From assembly GCA_049421025.1 (NCBI GenBank), contig JBMSMG010000001.1, forward strand, positions 1 through 61,488: a DNA stretch of 61,488 bases. Reading direction: 5' to 3'. Below are positions 30,251 through 41,682 of this stretch, in pieces. Each line of letters begins with the position of its first letter. The first letter of the stretch is position 1. Under the pieces are notes generated by a model. The model made no database searches, was not told where the DNA came from, and was given only the letters and a program-made list of their open reading frames with translations. The DNA comes from Prochlorococcaceae cyanobacterium (lineage in GTDB: Bacteria > Cyanobacteriota > Cyanobacteriia > PCC-6307 > Cyanobiaceae). Made by a program: the position numbers and the translations under genes.

Positions 30251-30889
30251 TCAGGCGGCCAGAGCAAACTGCTGCAAATACGGCAACCGCGTAGCGGTCG
30301 CATCGAGCGAAGCAGCATTGGCCAGCAGCTGAGAGGTTGCATCCCACTGGCCGCTCACCAGCATGCGATGGGGCCCCGGATCCAGATGCACCCCCCAGCG
30401 GTTGACGCCAGTGAACTCGCTTTCGAGTTCCACCTCAAGAGCCTCGAGATCAAGCCACAGCTCGGCGGCGGGATCTGCTGCGATGGCTTCTTGCAGCGCA
30501 GCAACAACAGCCGGCTCAGCGCTCAGGCAGGGGATCCCCAAAGCCAGGCAGTTGCCAAAAAAGATCTCAGCAAAGCTTTCACCCACAACGGCACGAATGC
30601 CCCAGCGCATCAGCGCCTGGGGCGCATGCTCTCGGCTGGAGCCGCAGCCGAAGTTGCTGTTGACCACCAGCACTGAGGCCTGCTGATGCTCGGGGCGGTC
30701 AAATGGATGCTCACCCGCCAGCTCGGCCCGATCGTCAGCAAAGGCGCCAACGGCAAGATCGTTGAAGGTGACGCATTTGAGAAAGCGCGCCGGGATGATG
30801 CGATCGGTGTCGATGTCAGCCCCGACAACGGCGATGCCGCGGCCGCGGTGGTTGCGAATCGGGCCCTGAGGAAAAGCTTGAGTGGTCAT
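30251..30889 (-). CDS. leuD: 3-isopropylmalate dehydratase small subunit
   Basis: ...[18 protein letters not shown]..., [15 protein letters not shown]. Overlaps leuC by 4 nt. Confidence 0.92.
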   Translation of the reverse strand: MTTQAFPQGPIRNHRGRGIAVVGADIDTDRIIPARFLKCVTFNDLAVGAFADDRAELAGEHPFDRPEHQQASVLVVNSNFGCGSSREHAPQALMRWGIRAVVGESFAEIFFGNCLALGIPCLSAEPAVVAALQEAIAADPAAELWLDLEALEVELESEFTGVNRWGVHLDPGPHRMLVSGQWDATSQLLANAASLDATATRLPYLQQFALAA

Positions 30890-32292
30890 GGCAGGAGCGT
30901 ACGCACGTCGGTGACCTGGCCGGTCACGGCGGCAGCCGCCACCATCGCCGGGCTCATCAGCAAGGTCCGGCCACTGGCTGAACCTTGCCGCCCCTTGAAG
31001 TTTCTGTTGCTTGAACTGGCGCTGATCTGACGCCCTTCAAGGCGATCGGGGTTCATCGCCAGACACATCGAGCAACCCGGCTCGCGCCACTCAAAACCTG
31101 CGGCCACAAAAACACGATCAAGGCCCTCGGCTTGAGCGGCAGCGGCGACCTGCTCACTGCCCGGCACCACAAACGCCTTGATGCCCGCTGCCACCTGGCG
31201 CCCGCTGGCTACCGCGGCGGCGGCGCGCAGATCAGACAGACGGCCGTTGGTGCAGCTGCCGATGAAGCAGACATCAACCGGTGTACCGGCAATGGCAGAG
31301 CCGGGCTGCAGATCCATGTAGCGGTAGGCCTCCTCGGCCAGGGGACGCTCTTCTGGGGCGGTCTGCTCCAGGGTTGGCACAGCCTCATCGACGCCGATGC
31401 CCTGGCCTGGGGTGATGCCCCAAGTCACCGTCGGGGCGATGGCACCTGCGTCAAAGCGCACCTCATCGTCAAACACCGCATCAGTGCCGCTGGCCAGCGA
31501 ACCCCACCAGGCCACAGCCCGATCCCAGGCCTCACCCGATGGCGCGTGGGGCCGGCCCTGCAAATAGTCGAAAGTGACCTGATCGGGATTGACGTAACCG
31601 CAGCGCGCACCTCCTTCGATGGCCATGTTGCACAGGGTCATGCGCTCTTCCATCGAGAGCGCAGCAATGGCGGGGCCAGCGAACTCATAGGCATAGCCCA
31701 CACCGCCTTTGACACCGAGGCTGCGGATCACATGCAGCACCAGATCCTTGGCATAGACGCCACGCTGCAGCTGACTATCGACCCAGATGCGGCGCACCTT
31801 GAGCTTGTTCATCGCCAGGCTCTGACTGGCGAGCACATCACGCACCTGGCTGGTGCCGATACCAAAGGCGATGGCGCCGAAGGCGCCATGGGTTGAGGTG
31901 TGCGAGTCGCCGCAGGCCACGGTCATGCCGGGCTGGGTCAGGCCCAGCTCCGGGGCGATCACATGCACGATCCCCTGCCGCCCGCTGCCCAGGCCATGCA
32001 AGGTGATGCCGTGATCGGCGCAGTTGGCCTCGAGGGTGGCCAGCATCTGCTCGGCCAGAGGATCGGCAAACGGCCGCGCCTGGTTGGTGGTGGGCACGAT
32101 GTGATCAACCGTGGCCACCGTGCGCTCGGGCCGGGCCACGCCTAAGCCCAGGTCCTTGAGCGCCGCAAAAGCCTGCGGGCTTGTCACCTCATGGATCAGA
32201 TGCAAGCCGATGAACAGCTGGGTGCTGCCTCCTGGCAGCTCGGCCACCCGGTGCAGATCCCAAACCTTGTCGTAGAGGGTGGCGCTGCTCAA
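30886..32292 (-). CDS. leuC: 3-isopropylmalate dehydratase large subunit
   Basis: [14 protein letters not shown]...[42 protein letters not shown] and GCSMCLAMN aconitase-family cluster ligand motifs. Confidence 0.95.
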   Translation of the reverse strand: MSSATLYDKVWDLHRVAELPGGSTQLFIGLHLIHEVTSPQAFAALKDLGLGVARPERTVATVDHIVPTTNQARPFADPLAEQMLATLEANCADHGITLHGLGSGRQGIVHVIAPELGLTQPGMTVACGDSHTSTHGAFGAIAFGIGTSQVRDVLASQSLAMNKLKVRRIWVDSQLQRGVYAKDLVLHVIRSLGVKGGVGYAYEFAGPAIAALSMEERMTLCNMAIEGGARCGYVNPDQVTFDYLQGRPHAPSGEAWDRAVAWWGSLASGTDAVFDDEVRFDAGAIAPTVTWGITPGQGIGVDEAVPTLEQTAPEERPLAEEAYRYMDLQPGSAIAGTPVDVCFIGSCTNGRLSDLRAAAAVASGRQVAAGIKAFVVPGSEQVAAAAQAEGLDRVFVAAGFEWREPGCSMCLAMNPDRLEGRQISASSSNRNFKGRQGSASGRTLLMSPAMVAAAAVTGQVTDVRTLLP

Positions 32293-32325
32293 GGTCTCCT
32301 AACTCACAGCAATCGATCGACCACC

Positions 32326-33606
32326 CTAGGCACCGGCATGACCGTCGATCTGCAGCCGCAGGCGGTTCAACGCCTCACCGGTGGTGAGCGTCTGAATCCA
32401 ACTGCGGCCGCGCCTTGAGCCAAAGCGCGCGGCTTCGCTGCTGGAGCCAGCTGGCCCAGCAATGGCGATGTGCACCAGACCAACGGGCTTGGTCTCACTG
32501 CCCCCAGCCGGCCCGGCGATGCCGGTCACGGCAATCGCCCAAGTAGCACCAGTGGCGCGCCGGGCGCCCTCGGCCATCGCCAACGCCACCGGATCGCTCA
32601 CCGCCCCGTGCAGCGCAAGCAGCTCGGCAGGCACACCCAACAGGTGCTGCTTGGCGCTGTTGGCATAGGCGATCACGCCACCCAAAAACACATCTGAGGC
32701 ACCAGGAACCGCCGCCAGTGCAGCGCCGATGCCGCCGCCGGTACAGCTTTCAGCCACCGCCAGCGTCTCACCGCGCTGGCGCAGACGCTGCAGCACCACA
32801 GCCGCCAGGCTGTCGTCGTCATCTCCGAAGCAGAGCGATCCAGTGCGCGCACGGATCTCGGCCTCAAGGGGCTCAAGCAGCGCTTCGGCAGCGCTCCGGC
32901 TGGCGGCACAGGCCGTCAGCCGGAGCTTGACCTCACCCGCCCCGGCATAGGGAGCCACGGTGGGGTTGCTTTGCCCCAGCAGATCACCAACCTGCTCAGC
33001 AAGGGTCGATTCGCCAACGCCCCAAAAACGCAGCATGCGGCTTGCCATGACCCCTGCAGCAAGGCCCGCCTGGCGCAGCCAGGGTGCGGCGGTGGCCTGC
33101 CACATGGCGTGCAATTCACTGGGGACCCCAGGAAACGTGAGGATGGTGAAGCCGGGTTGCGGGGTCCAGATCATCCCCGGGGCGGTACCTGTGGGATTGG
33201 GCAGCACCTGAGCGCCAGCGGGCAGCAGGGCCTGCTTGCGGTTGCTGGCGGCGATGGGCCGGCCACGGCCGCTGAGCTTGGCCTGAATGTCGGCCCACAC
33301 CTGCGGGCGCTCCACCAGCGGGGCGCCAAAAGCAGCGGCAAGCGCCTCGGTGGTCAGATCATCGGGCGTGGGGCCGAGCCCACCTGTGGTGATGAGCACG
33401 CGGCAGCGGCCCGCCGCTTCGCGCACCACCTCGATCAACCGCTCACGGTTGTCGCCCACCACCTGTTGGCGGTGATGGGTGATGCCCAGGGCGGCCAGCT
33501 CTTCGGCCAGCCAACGGGCGTTGCTGTTGGTGATGTTGCCCAGCAGCAGCTCAGTGCCAATGCAAAGCACCTCGGCCGCAGGCGCGTGCGCAGCTGCAGA
33601 CGCCAT
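32326..33606 (-). CDS. cinA: CinA-family competence/damage-inducible protein (MoCF-binding + nicotinamide-nucleotide amidase domains)
   Basis: From ATG(33606): [37 protein letters not shown]...[16 protein letters not shown]... and C-terminal ...[12 protein letters not shown].... The 189-codon upstream extension in the track overlaps the next gene out of frame. Confidence 0.85.
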   Translation of the reverse strand: MASAAAHAPAAEVLCIGTELLLGNITNSNARWLAEELAALGITHHRQQVVGDNRERLIEVVREAAGRCRVLITTGGLGPTPDDLTTEALAAAFGAPLVERPQVWADIQAKLSGRGRPIAASNRKQALLPAGAQVLPNPTGTAPGMIWTPQPGFTILTFPGVPSELHAMWQATAAPWLRQAGLAAGVMASRMLRFWGVGESTLAEQVGDLLGQSNPTVAPYAGAGEVKLRLTACAASRSAAEALLEPLEAEIRARTGSLCFGDDDDSLAAVVLQRLRQRGETLAVAESCTGGGIGAALAAVPGASDVFLGGVIAYANSAKQHLLGVPAELLALHGAVSDPVALAMAEGARRATGATWAIAVTGIAGPAGGSETKPVGLVHIAIAGPAGSSSEAARFGSRRGRSWIQTLTTGEALNRLRLQIDGHAGA

Positions 33607-34691
33607 CAGGACAATTCGCGCTGCACGGCCCGGCGGGTGGTGACCACCACGGCGATCAGGATCGCCGTGGCCAAAGCCAGCCACAAAAAGCGCAGCTCGG
33701 CATTGACCAGCACAAGAGCCAATGCCGCGAGCCATTGGGTGAAGGCGTAGATCAGCAGCACCGTGCGCCGGTGGCTGACGCCCTGGCGCAGCAGCCGGTG
33801 GTGCAAGTGACGACGATCGGGGTAGAAGGGCGAGCGGCCCTGGCTCAGCCGACCGACGATCACCGCCGACATGTCGGCCAGTGGCAGCGAGAGGATCACC
33901 AGCGGCAGCAGCAAGCTGACGCTGGTGAGTCCTTTGGCGGGGCCGACAATGCTGATGGCCGCCAAAGCAAAGCCCAAGAAATACGAGCCCCCATCGCCCA
34001 TAAAAATGCGGGCAGGGTTGAAGTTGTGGCGCAAAAAGCCAAGGCAACTGCCGCCCAATGCCGCCGCCAATAGACCAGCTGCCGGCTGATGCAGGCTGAA
34101 GCTCACCGACAGCAGACCCACTGCAGCGATGCCGCTGACGCCCGCGGCAAGACCATCGAGGCCGTCCAGCCAATTGATCGCGTTGGTGATGCCAACCAGC
34201 CAGATCACGGTGGCCAGCAAACTCAAGCTTGGCGGCAGCACAAGCGAGGGCTCGCTGTTGCCAAGCAGGGCAAAAGGAAGCTCGATCGTGCCGATCTGAA
34301 CGCCCTGGCTCCAGACCGCCATGGCGACGAGCAGCTGTGCGACCAACCGCGGCAGCGGCGGCAGCGCAAACAGATCATCAGCCAGACCGATCACAAAGAA
34401 ACACAACGCACCCGCCAGGGTTGTCCAGATCAGCTGGTCTTTGTCGGGCGGCAGCTCAGCAAACCCGCCCCAGTGCCAGGTGATCGCCAACGCCAGGCTG
34501 AAACCCAGCACAATGCCGATGCCGCCAAGACGCACCATCGGGGTGGTGTGCTGTTTGCGCGGATCGGGTGCGTCAATCAGGCCGTAGGCCAATCCCAACC
34601 GCCGCACAACCGGCACCACCAAAGCCGTGAGCACAGCTGCCACCGCAAACGTGAGCAGGGCTGCTGCGTTGGGGTGGTAGGCAAGCGTCAC
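33606..34691 (-). CDS. glycosyltransferase family 4 polyprenyl-phosphate sugar-1-P transferase (MraY/WecA family)
   Basis: About 10 TM helices; [21 protein letters not shown], ...[13 protein letters not shown]..., ...[13 protein letters not shown]... are family blocks. GTG start. The stop shares a base with the cinA start. Confidence 0.8.
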   Translation of the reverse strand: MTLAYHPNAAALLTFAVAAVLTALVVPVVRRLGLAYGLIDAPDPRKQHTTPMVRLGGIGIVLGFSLALAITWHWGGFAELPPDKDQLIWTTLAGALCFFVIGLADDLFALPPLPRLVAQLLVAMAVWSQGVQIGTIELPFALLGNSEPSLVLPPSLSLLATVIWLVGITNAINWLDGLDGLAAGVSGIAAVGLLSVSFSLHQPAAGLLAAALGGSCLGFLRHNFNPARIFMGDGGSYFLGFALAAISIVGPAKGLTSVSLLLPLVILSLPLADMSAVIVGRLSQGRSPFYPDRRHLHHRLLRQGVSHRRTVLLIYAFTQWLAALALVLVNAELRFLWLALATAILIAVVVTTRRAVQRELS

Positions 34692-34734
34692 AGCAGAGCG
34701 CCTTTAGCGCCCAGGTTACGGGCGCCATCAAGCC

Positions 34735-36024
34735 TCAGGCGTGTTGAAGCTGACGTTCTTGGCTATACAGCGGAAAGCGTTGACACAGCGCAGCCACCCG
34801 ATCACGGCAGCGCTGCTCGATCGCCGTGTCGTCGGGGTTGAGCAGCCGGTCGGCGATCACATCGGCCACCTCGGCAAAAGCGGCCTCGTCAAACCCGCGG
34901 GTGGTCATAGCGGCTGTGCCCAGGCGCAGGCCGCTGGTTACAAACGGCGATTCAGGATCAAAGGGCACCGTGTTCTTGTTGGCGGTGATATTCACATCAC
35001 TGACCAACAGGTCGGCCACCTTGCCGGTCATGCCGATGCTGCGCAGATCCAGCAGCACGATGTGATTGTCGGTGCCGCCAGAAACCACCGCAACACCGCG
35101 CTCCTGAATGCGGGCGGCCAGGGCCTTGGCATTGGCGATCACCTGCTGGGCATAGGCCTTGAAGCCCGGCTGCAGCGCCTCACCGAAGGCGACACCTTTG
35201 GCGGCGATGACATGCTCCAGCGGACCGCCTTGGCTACCAGGGAACACGGCTTTGTCGAACTGCTTGGCAAAGTCAGCGTCGCGGCAGAGGATCAGGCCGC
35301 CGCGGGGGCCGCGCAGGGTCTTGTGGGTGGTGGTGGTCACCACATCGCAGACCGGCACGGGGTTGGGGTGCACGCCAGCGGCCACCAGGCCGGCAATGTG
35401 GGCCATGTCGGCCAGCAGGTAGGCGCCGACTTCATCGGCAATGGCGCGAAACGCCGCAAAATCAATGGTGCGCGGATAGGCCGAATAGCCGCACACGATC
35501 AGCTTGGGCTTGTGCTCCAGGGCCAGCTGACGAATGCTCGCAAAGTTGAGCTGCTGGGTTGCCGGGTCGACGCCGTACTGCACGACCTTGAACCACTTGC
35601 CGCTGACGTTGACCGGTGAGCCATGGGTCAGGTGACCGCCATGGCTCAGGTCCATGCCCATGATTGTGTCGCCTGGCTGAAGCAGCGCCAGAAACACCGC
35701 AAAGTTGGCCTGGGCGCCGCTGTGGGGCTGCACGTTGGCCCAAGCAGCGCCAAACAGCTGCTTGGCCCGCTCGATCGCCAGCTCTTCGATCGCATCGACG
35801 TGCTCGCAGCCGCCGTAATAGCGCTTGGCCGGCAGACCCTCGGCGTACTTGTTGGTGAGCACCGAGCCCTGGGCCTCCATGACGGCGCGGGAGGCGAAGT
35901 TTTCTGAAGCGATCAGCTCCAGGTGTGTCTCCTGGCGGTGAGCCTCACGGCCGATCAGCTCAGCCAGCGTGGGATCAGCGCTAGCCAGCGACTGGTTGAT
36001 CGGGGCGTCGCTGCTGGCAGCCAT
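34735..36024 (-). CDS. glyA: serine hydroxymethyltransferase
   Basis: ...[32 protein letters not shown]..., [16 protein letters not shown] (PLP-Lys). Start at ATG(36024). Confidence 0.95.
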   Translation of the reverse strand: MAASSDAPINQSLASADPTLAELIGREAHRQETHLELIASENFASRAVMEAQGSVLTNKYAEGLPAKRYYGGCEHVDAIEELAIERAKQLFGAAWANVQPHSGAQANFAVFLALLQPGDTIMGMDLSHGGHLTHGSPVNVSGKWFKVVQYGVDPATQQLNFASIRQLALEHKPKLIVCGYSAYPRTIDFAAFRAIADEVGAYLLADMAHIAGLVAAGVHPNPVPVCDVVTTTTHKTLRGPRGGLILCRDADFAKQFDKAVFPGSQGGPLEHVIAAKGVAFGEALQPGFKAYAQQVIANAKALAARIQERGVAVVSGGTDNHIVLLDLRSIGMTGKVADLLVSDVNITANKNTVPFDPESPFVTSGLRLGTAAMTTRGFDEAAFAEVADVIADRLLNPDDTAIEQRCRDRVAALCQRFPLYSQERQLQHA

Positions 36025-36104
36025 CGCGTTTGGGCATCTCACAAGCACCCAATCGTAGGCAGTGACGCCAAGTCGCGAGCGTCTGCTCGCATCACGATCA
36101 GCAC

Positions 36105-36129
36105 AAAAAAACCGCCCTTACTGGGGCGG
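36105..36129 (-). terminator. intrinsic terminator downstream of tRNA-Arg
   Basis: Minus-strand RNA: CCGCCC-CAGUAA-GGGCGG followed by UUUUUUU (plus-strand A-run 36105-36111). Confidence 0.6.
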
Positions 36130-36141
36130 CTCCTTCGTGTA

Positions 36142-36215
36142 CGCGCCTGGAGAGATTCGAACTCCCGACCCTCTGATCCGTAGTCAGATGCTCTAATCCG
36201 CTGAGCTACAAGCGC
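36142..36215 (-). tRNA. tRNA-Arg (anticodon ACG), CCA not encoded
   Basis: Hand fold: GCGCTTG TA GCTC AGCGGATT AGAGC A TCTGA CTACGGA TCAGA GGGTC GGGAG TTCGAAT CTCTC CAGGCGC G. Confidence 0.9.
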
Positions 36216-36280
36216 ATGGGACCATTTTCAGCGCACCGAGGGCCCATCCGTCAAATCCATCTGTCGCTGAGGCGCATCGC

Positions 36281-36556
36281 ATGCCCATTCGCTGGTACGG
36301 ACCCGCCGACCCCAACGATCCGACCTATCGCCATTTTGAGCGGATCGTCAATTTGACCCTGCATGCCGCGCTGTTTTCGGCACTCAACAGCGGGCTGTGG
36401 GTGGTGCAGGAACTGCGTCACCCCTGGCACCATCTGAACTGGCTGAGCCTGGGCTGGCTCATGGTGTTGGTGGTGCACGGCAGCGTGGTGTTCGCCATGC
36501 GTCCGAAACGCGCGGACGATGACGAACCAGCAGGCCCAACCCACCCCACTGCGTGA
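36281..36556 (+). CDS. small two-helix membrane protein, hypothetical
   Basis: 91 aa with two hydrophobic stretches (LTLHAALFSALNSGLWVV and WLSLGWLMVLVVHGSVVF). No motif recognised. Confidence 0.45.
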   Translation: MPIRWYGPADPNDPTYRHFERIVNLTLHAALFSALNSGLWVVQELRHPWHHLNWLSLGWLMVLVVHGSVVFAMRPKRADDDEPAGPTHPTA

Positions 36557-36569
36557 GCGAGCACAGATC

Positions 36570-36860
36570 ATGACGCTGAGCGCCAGCCAACTCAACGATC
36601 TCGAAAACGCCATTGCCGATCGGCTCTACTTGCAGATCGCCGGTTGGCATCTCTATCTGGGCGATGCCGGCCTGGCGCAGCCACTGGCGATCGAATGCGC
36701 CGCCCGGCTCGAGCAAGGCGCCTCTGTCTGCGCCCGCCAGGCCCTCGAGGCCGTGCAGGTGCCGATCGGCGGTGGCGCCACCCGCCTGCCGCTGGCGCGC
36801 CTGGTGCCGGCTGCCCAGTTGCGCGACCTCGAGGATGTGTTGCAAGAGCTCGACGCCTGA
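36570..36860 (+). CDS. hypothetical protein (96 aa; DUF3181-like, tentative)
   Basis: From ATG(36570): MTLSASQLNDLENAIADRLYLQIAGWHLYLGDAGLAQPLAIE... The composition is protein-like. The track start at 36519 overlaps the previous gene. Confidence 0.5.
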   Translation: MTLSASQLNDLENAIADRLYLQIAGWHLYLGDAGLAQPLAIECAARLEQGASVCARQALEAVQVPIGGGATRLPLARLVPAAQLRDLEDVLQELDA

Positions 36861-36913
36861 GCCTCGCCGGACTGCCTCACCACTAGGGTTGCGCCTGCAG
36901 CGCTACCGGGGCC

Positions 36914-37174
36914 GTGCTGGTCATTGAAGTCACCAACGCCCATGAGGTGGTGCGCAAACGCATCGGCCGGCTCGGCAGCCGCCTTCTAGGCCGGGTCGTT
37001 GACGCCGAAGCCCAGGTCGAAAAAGCGCTGCTGCAGGAGCTCGAGAACGCCTTTCGCGACTTCGGCATCGAAGCACGCATCTATTCGATCGACGGTCCCC
37101 AGATGCTGGGACGCTCGCACCTTGAGATCCCGTTGCAGGTGCGCGAAGAGCGCGAGGTGCGGCTCGACCCTTAA
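36914..37174 (+). CDS. hypothetical protein (86 aa)
   Basis: GTG ORF: MLVIEVTNAHEVVRKRIGRLGSRLLGRVVDAEAQVEKALLQELENAFRDFGIEARIYSIDGP... with balanced composition. 4-nt convergent overlap with murJ. Confidence 0.45.
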   Translation: MLVIEVTNAHEVVRKRIGRLGSRLLGRVVDAEAQVEKALLQELENAFRDFGIEARIYSIDGPQMLGRSHLEIPLQVREEREVRLDP

Positions 37175-38820
37175 CGGCGCTGACCTGGCAGGCGGCGACT
37201 GAGGCCCGCCAACATCTGTTGCGCCTCCGGCACACCGGCCCAGGAGGCCAGCAACCCATAGAGCGCCAAAGCCAGCCCAGCGCTGAGCGCCGGGCGTAGC
37301 AGCAGCCCCGCCCAGCCTGCAGGCCAGCCGACCCAGTTGGACGCAGCCCAGGCCAGCCCCCCGCAGAGCGCAGCCGCCAACGCCAGCAGCAGGGTGTCGC
37401 GCCCCCAGGCCGCCAAGGGCAGCCCGCCCAAGCGGCGATGCAACACCAGCAGCAGGGCGGCGCAGGTGATCACGTTCACCACCACCGTGGCCAGCACGAG
37501 CCCCGCCGCACCAAAGTTGCTGGCCGGCAACTGCAGTCCCCAGGGGCTGGGGCCGCCCACCAGCACCCAGTCGGCAAAGGCATTGAGGCCGATGCCTGCC
37601 AGCGACAGGCGAAACGGTGTGGTGCCATCACCGAGGGCATAAAAGACCCGCACCAACACATCGCGCGCCAGATAAGCCGCCATACCCAGGCCATAGGCCA
37701 TGAGCAGGCCATCGACCAGATCGCCAGCTGCGGCATCAAAAGCGCCGCGCTCGTAGATCAGATCAACGATCGGGCCCGCCAGGCCGATCATCAAGGCCCC
37801 CAAAGGCAACATCGAAGCGCTGGAGAGCATCAGCCCCTGGCGGATGCGAGCCACCAGTTGCGGCCGATCAGCCGGCGCGGTGAGCCGCGCAAACGTCGGC
37901 AGCAGCGGCACCAACAGGGCGTTGGAGATCAACCCCAGCGGGGTCTGCACCAGCAAGTTGGCGTAACCCAGGCCCGCGGCGGCCCCCACAATGCCGCTGG
38001 CAAAAAACAGATCCACAAACACGTTGATCTGCAGCATCCCCGAGGAGAAGGTTGCCGGTGCCATCACCTGCAACACCTCCTGGACGCCCGGGTGCTTCCA
38101 ATCCCAGACCAGCTTGAACTGGTGCAGGCCCTGGCGCGCCAACGCCGGCAGCTGAATCAACCACTGCAACAGCGCGCCAAGGGTTGTGGTGGCCGCCAGC
38201 ACCACCCCGCCGATGACCGCCATCTGCGGCGTGGCAATCGCCGGACCCAGCTGCCACCAGAGCACGCCGAGGCCGCCGATCACCGCCACGCTCGAGAGCA
38301 AGGGGCTGACCGAGGGCAGCCAGAAGACATCGGCAGCATTGAGCGCGCCAAAGCCCAGACCGATCAGACCGGCCAACAGGGCCATCGGTGCCATCCAACG
38401 CAGTTCAAGCACCGCCAGGGCATGGCGCTCGGGCCCAAGCCCTGGCCCCACCAGGGTGATCAAGGGGTCAGCAGCCAGCCACAGCATGGCCGTGACCGCG
38501 ATCAAACCGGCGCCGACCAGGGTGTTGACCGCCGCCAGCACGTGGGCCCCCTCCTCACGCGGGCGGCGCGCCAGGGCGCTGACCATGGCGCTGTGGAACG
38601 GACCGTTGATCCCCCCCAACAGGATCAGTAGAAAGCCCGGCAACACGTAGGCGTAGTTGTAAGCGTCGTAGGCAGCCCCAACGCCGAAAGCGGCCGCGAT
38701 GGCCTGCTGGCGCAGCAGGCCCGCCACCTTGCTGAGGGCCGTAGCGGCGGCCACGATCAAGGCGATGCGTTTGAGCGAGCGAGCAGGGGCTTGGCTCATC
38801 GGTGCTGGGCGCTGCCCCAT
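37171..38820 (-). CDS. murJ: lipid II flippase MurJ (MviN family)
   Basis: LKRIALIVAAATALSKVAGLLRQQAIAAAFGVGAAYDAYNYAYVLPGFLL is a typical MurJ N-terminus, followed by about 14 TM helices. The start could be ATG(38799). Confidence 0.88.
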   Translation of the reverse strand: MGQRPAPMSQAPARSLKRIALIVAAATALSKVAGLLRQQAIAAAFGVGAAYDAYNYAYVLPGFLLILLGGINGPFHSAMVSALARRPREEGAHVLAAVNTLVGAGLIAVTAMLWLAADPLITLVGPGLGPERHALAVLELRWMAPMALLAGLIGLGFGALNAADVFWLPSVSPLLSSVAVIGGLGVLWWQLGPAIATPQMAVIGGVVLAATTTLGALLQWLIQLPALARQGLHQFKLVWDWKHPGVQEVLQVMAPATFSSGMLQINVFVDLFFASGIVGAAAGLGYANLLVQTPLGLISNALLVPLLPTFARLTAPADRPQLVARIRQGLMLSSASMLPLGALMIGLAGPIVDLIYERGAFDAAAGDLVDGLLMAYGLGMAAYLARDVLVRVFYALGDGTTPFRLSLAGIGLNAFADWVLVGGPSPWGLQLPASNFGAAGLVLATVVVNVITCAALLLVLHRRLGGLPLAAWGRDTLLLALAAALCGGLAWAASNWVGWPAGWAGLLLRPALSAGLALALYGLLASWAGVPEAQQMLAGLSRRLPGQRR

Positions 38821-38855
38821 CTCAGGCGATTCTTGCCTGCAGCAGCGTCGCCGTC

Positions 38856-39635
38856 ATGCCACAACCCTCTGCCGCCCAGCCGCCTGTGGTGCTGCCCCTG
38901 GCCGATCTACACGAAGGCGTGTTGATCAGGCGCTACAAGCGCTTTCTGGCCGACGTCGAGCTGGCCGATGGCCGCGTGGTCACAGCGCACTGCCCCAACA
39001 CCGGCCCCATGCGCGGCGTGCTGCACCCGGGTGGGCGCGTGCGCCTGCGCCACGACCCTTCGCCGGCGCGCAAGCTGGCCTGGACCTGGGAGCAGGCCGA
39101 AAGCCCGGGCGCCGGTGGCCTACCCGTGTGGGTAGGCGTCAACACAGCTCTGCCCAACAAGCTGGTGCGCGCCAGCCTCGAAGCCGGCCTGCTGGAGCCG
39201 CAGCTGGGGCCGATCGAGGGCATTCGCGCCGAGGTGCCCTACGGCGAGGGGCGCCGCAGCCGCATCGATCTGCTGCTGAGCCCAGCAGCCAGCAACCCTG
39301 ACCAACGGCCGATCTATGTGGAGGTCAAGAACACCACCTGGAGCGATGGCGATCTGGCCCTGTTTCCCGACACGGTGACAGAACGGGGCCAGAAGCACCT
39401 GCGCGAGCTGATGGCCCTGCTGCCCGAGGCCCGGCCCGTCCTTGTGCCGTGCCTGAGCCGCAGCGACGTGAACCGTTTTGCGCCTGGCGATGCGGCCGAT
39501 CCGCACTATGGCGAGCTGTTTCGCCAGGCGCTGGCGGCAGGGGTGGAGGTGCTGCCCTGCCGCTATCGCTTTGAGCCTGATGGCATCCACTGGCTGGGGC
39601 TGGCCGAGGTTGTGGCGCACCAGAGCGGGCACTGA
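38856..39635 (+). CDS. sfsA: sugar fermentation stimulation protein A homologue (SfsA nuclease-like)
   Basis: GVLIRRYKRFLADVELADGRVVTAHCPNTGPM..., ...SRIDLLL..., ...YVEVKNTT... blocks. Start at ATG(38856). Confidence 0.85.
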   Translation: MPQPSAAQPPVVLPLADLHEGVLIRRYKRFLADVELADGRVVTAHCPNTGPMRGVLHPGGRVRLRHDPSPARKLAWTWEQAESPGAGGLPVWVGVNTALPNKLVRASLEAGLLEPQLGPIEGIRAEVPYGEGRRSRIDLLLSPAASNPDQRPIYVEVKNTTWSDGDLALFPDTVTERGQKHLRELMALLPEARPVLVPCLSRSDVNRFAPGDAADPHYGELFRQALAAGVEVLPCRYRFEPDGIHWLGLAEVVAHQSGH

Positions 39636-39696
39636 GCCCCGGCAAAGCCCAGAGCGCAAGCAGCGCCCATAGAGTTGGCGCACCAGCAGCGCTGCC

Positions 39697-40917
39697 GTGG
39701 ATACCCGAGCCTTTAAGCGATCTCTGCACCACTCGGAGCGCTACAACCGCCGCGGCTTCGGGCTGGGCGACGAGGTCGCCGGCACGCTCGAGCAGGCCTA
39801 CCAGAGCGATCTGATCGCCGAGCTACGGGCCAACGGCTATGAACTGCGCGACGGCCGGCTCACGGTGCGGCTGGCTGAAGCCTTCGGTTTTTGCTGGGGG
39901 GTGGAGCGCGCCGTGGCAATGGCCTACGAGACGCGCCGTCACTACCCCAGCGAGCGCATCTGGATCACCAACGAGATCATCCATAACCCCTCGGTCAATG
40001 ACCATCTGCGCGAGATGAACGTGCAGTTCATCGCGGTCGAGCAAGGCGTCAAAGACTTCTCCGAAGTCGCCAGCGGCGATGTGGTGATCCTGCCGGCGTT
40101 TGGCGCCACGGTGCAGGAAATGCAGCTGCTCAACGAGCGCGGCTGCCACATCGTCGACACCACCTGCCCGTGGGTCTCCAAGGTGTGGAACACCGTTGAA
40201 AAGCACAAAAAACACGCCTTCACCTCGATCATTCACGGCAAGGTGAAGCACGAGGAGACACTCGCCACCAGCAGCTTCGCCGGCACCTACCTGGTGGTGC
40301 TCGACCTGGCCGAAGCGCAGCTGGTCTGCGATTACATCCTGGCCAGCGAAGGGGGAGCCAGCCCCAGCGCCGCGCAGCGTGAGGCGTTCATGGCCCGTTT
40401 TGCCAAGGCTTGCTCGCCCGGCTTTGACCCTGACCGCGACCTGATCCGCCTGGGCGTGGCCAACCAGACCACCATGCTCAAAAGCGAAACCGAGGAGATC
40501 GGTCGGCTGTTCGAGCGCACCATGCTGCGCCGCTACGGGCCAGCCGAGCTGAACGAGCATTTTTTGGCGTTCAACACCATCTGCGATGCCACCCAGGAGC
40601 GCCAGGACGCCATGTTTGCCCTGGTCGATGAACCCCTCGATCTGATGGTGGTGATCGGGGGCTACAACTCGTCGAACACCACCCACCTGCAGGAGATTGC
40701 GATCAGCCGCGGCATCCGCTCGTTCCACATCGACACCCCCGAGCGCATCGGCCCTGGCAACCGCATCACCCACAAACCCCTCGGTGGTGAGCTCGAGAGC
40801 GTCGATGGTTTTTTGCCCGAGGGGGTCATCCGCGTTGGCATCACATCAGGCGCCTCAACGCCCGATCGGGTCGTCGAAGACGTGATCCGCCAGTTGATCA
40901 CGCTCAGCAAAAGCTGA
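39697..40917 (+). CDS. ispH: 4-hydroxy-3-methylbut-2-enyl diphosphate reductase
   Basis: Long cyanobacterial form: [22 protein letters not shown]..., [27 protein letters not shown], ...NTICDAT..RQ..., [11 protein letters not shown]. Confidence 0.93.
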   Translation: MDTRAFKRSLHHSERYNRRGFGLGDEVAGTLEQAYQSDLIAELRANGYELRDGRLTVRLAEAFGFCWGVERAVAMAYETRRHYPSERIWITNEIIHNPSVNDHLREMNVQFIAVEQGVKDFSEVASGDVVILPAFGATVQEMQLLNERGCHIVDTTCPWVSKVWNTVEKHKKHAFTSIIHGKVKHEETLATSSFAGTYLVVLDLAEAQLVCDYILASEGGASPSAAQREAFMARFAKACSPGFDPDRDLIRLGVANQTTMLKSETEEIGRLFERTMLRRYGPAELNEHFLAFNTICDATQERQDAMFALVDEPLDLMVVIGGYNSSNTTHLQEIAISRGIRSFHIDTPERIGPGNRITHKPLGGELESVDGFLPEGVIRVGITSGASTPDRVVEDVIRQLITLSKS

Positions 40918-40963
40918 CGCCCAGCCACGCGCCGGTGCAGAGCGCCGCCCGCTGGCTTTACAT

Positions 40964-41671
40964 TTGGTTCATAGTCGGCCATCTGATCCGGCCTCCGGGA
41001 GTTCCAAGCCGTTGCCAGCCCTCTCGACGCCAAGCACGGCTTCCAGCGCTCCGGCTTCTGCGTCAGGCACCAGGCTGCGTGCGAGTGATGACCCGCGGGT
41101 GCGTTGTTACAGCAGCACCTTTGCCGATCTCATGGAGATGCGGGCCAGCGCCCCGGTGGTCGCCTCCTACCTCGATCGCCACGAGGGCTGGTTTCGGCGC
41201 TGCGCCACGCCCATGCAGGTGCTGCCGCTGGGCGATTCGCTCAACGGCTATGCGCTGACCCTGGGGCGCTTTGGCAACTTCGGCTTTGAGGTCGAGCCCA
41301 CCATCGGGCTGGAACTGCTGCCGCAAGCGCACGGGGTGTACCGCATCGCCACGGTGCCGCTGCCGGCCTCGCAAGCCCCTGGGGGGCTGCAGTCGCTCTA
41401 TGACGTTGAGTTCAACGCCGCCCTGGAGCTCGATGAAGGCAGCTCAGAGGAACCGCTGACCACGGTGCGCTGGCAGCTTGAGCTGAGCGTCTGGATCACA
41501 TTGCCTGGCGTCATCACGCTGCTACCAGACAACCTGGTGCAGAGCAGCGGCGATCACCTGCTCAAGCAGATCGTGCGGCAGATCTCCAGGCGGCTGACCT
41601 GGAAGGTTCAGGAAGACTTCCACGCCAGCCACGGCATCGCTTGCCCGCCACGCAGACGGGCCCAGTTTTAA
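40964..41671 (+). CDS. hypothetical protein (DUF1997-like, tentative)
   Basis: ...APVVASYLDRHEGWFRRCATPMQVLPLGDSLNGYALTLGRFGNFGFEVEPTIGLELLP... resembles DUF1997 proteins common in cyanobacteria. The N-terminal Ser/Pro-rich 40 aa make the start uncertain. Confidence 0.55.
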   Translation: MVHSRPSDPASGSSKPLPALSTPSTASSAPASASGTRLRASDDPRVRCYSSTFADLMEMRASAPVVASYLDRHEGWFRRCATPMQVLPLGDSLNGYALTLGRFGNFGFEVEPTIGLELLPQAHGVYRIATVPLPASQAPGGLQSLYDVEFNAALELDEGSSEEPLTTVRWQLELSVWITLPGVITLLPDNLVQSSGDHLLKQIVRQISRRLTWKVQEDFHASHGIACPPRRRAQF

Positions 41672-41682
41672 GCCAAAGCTGT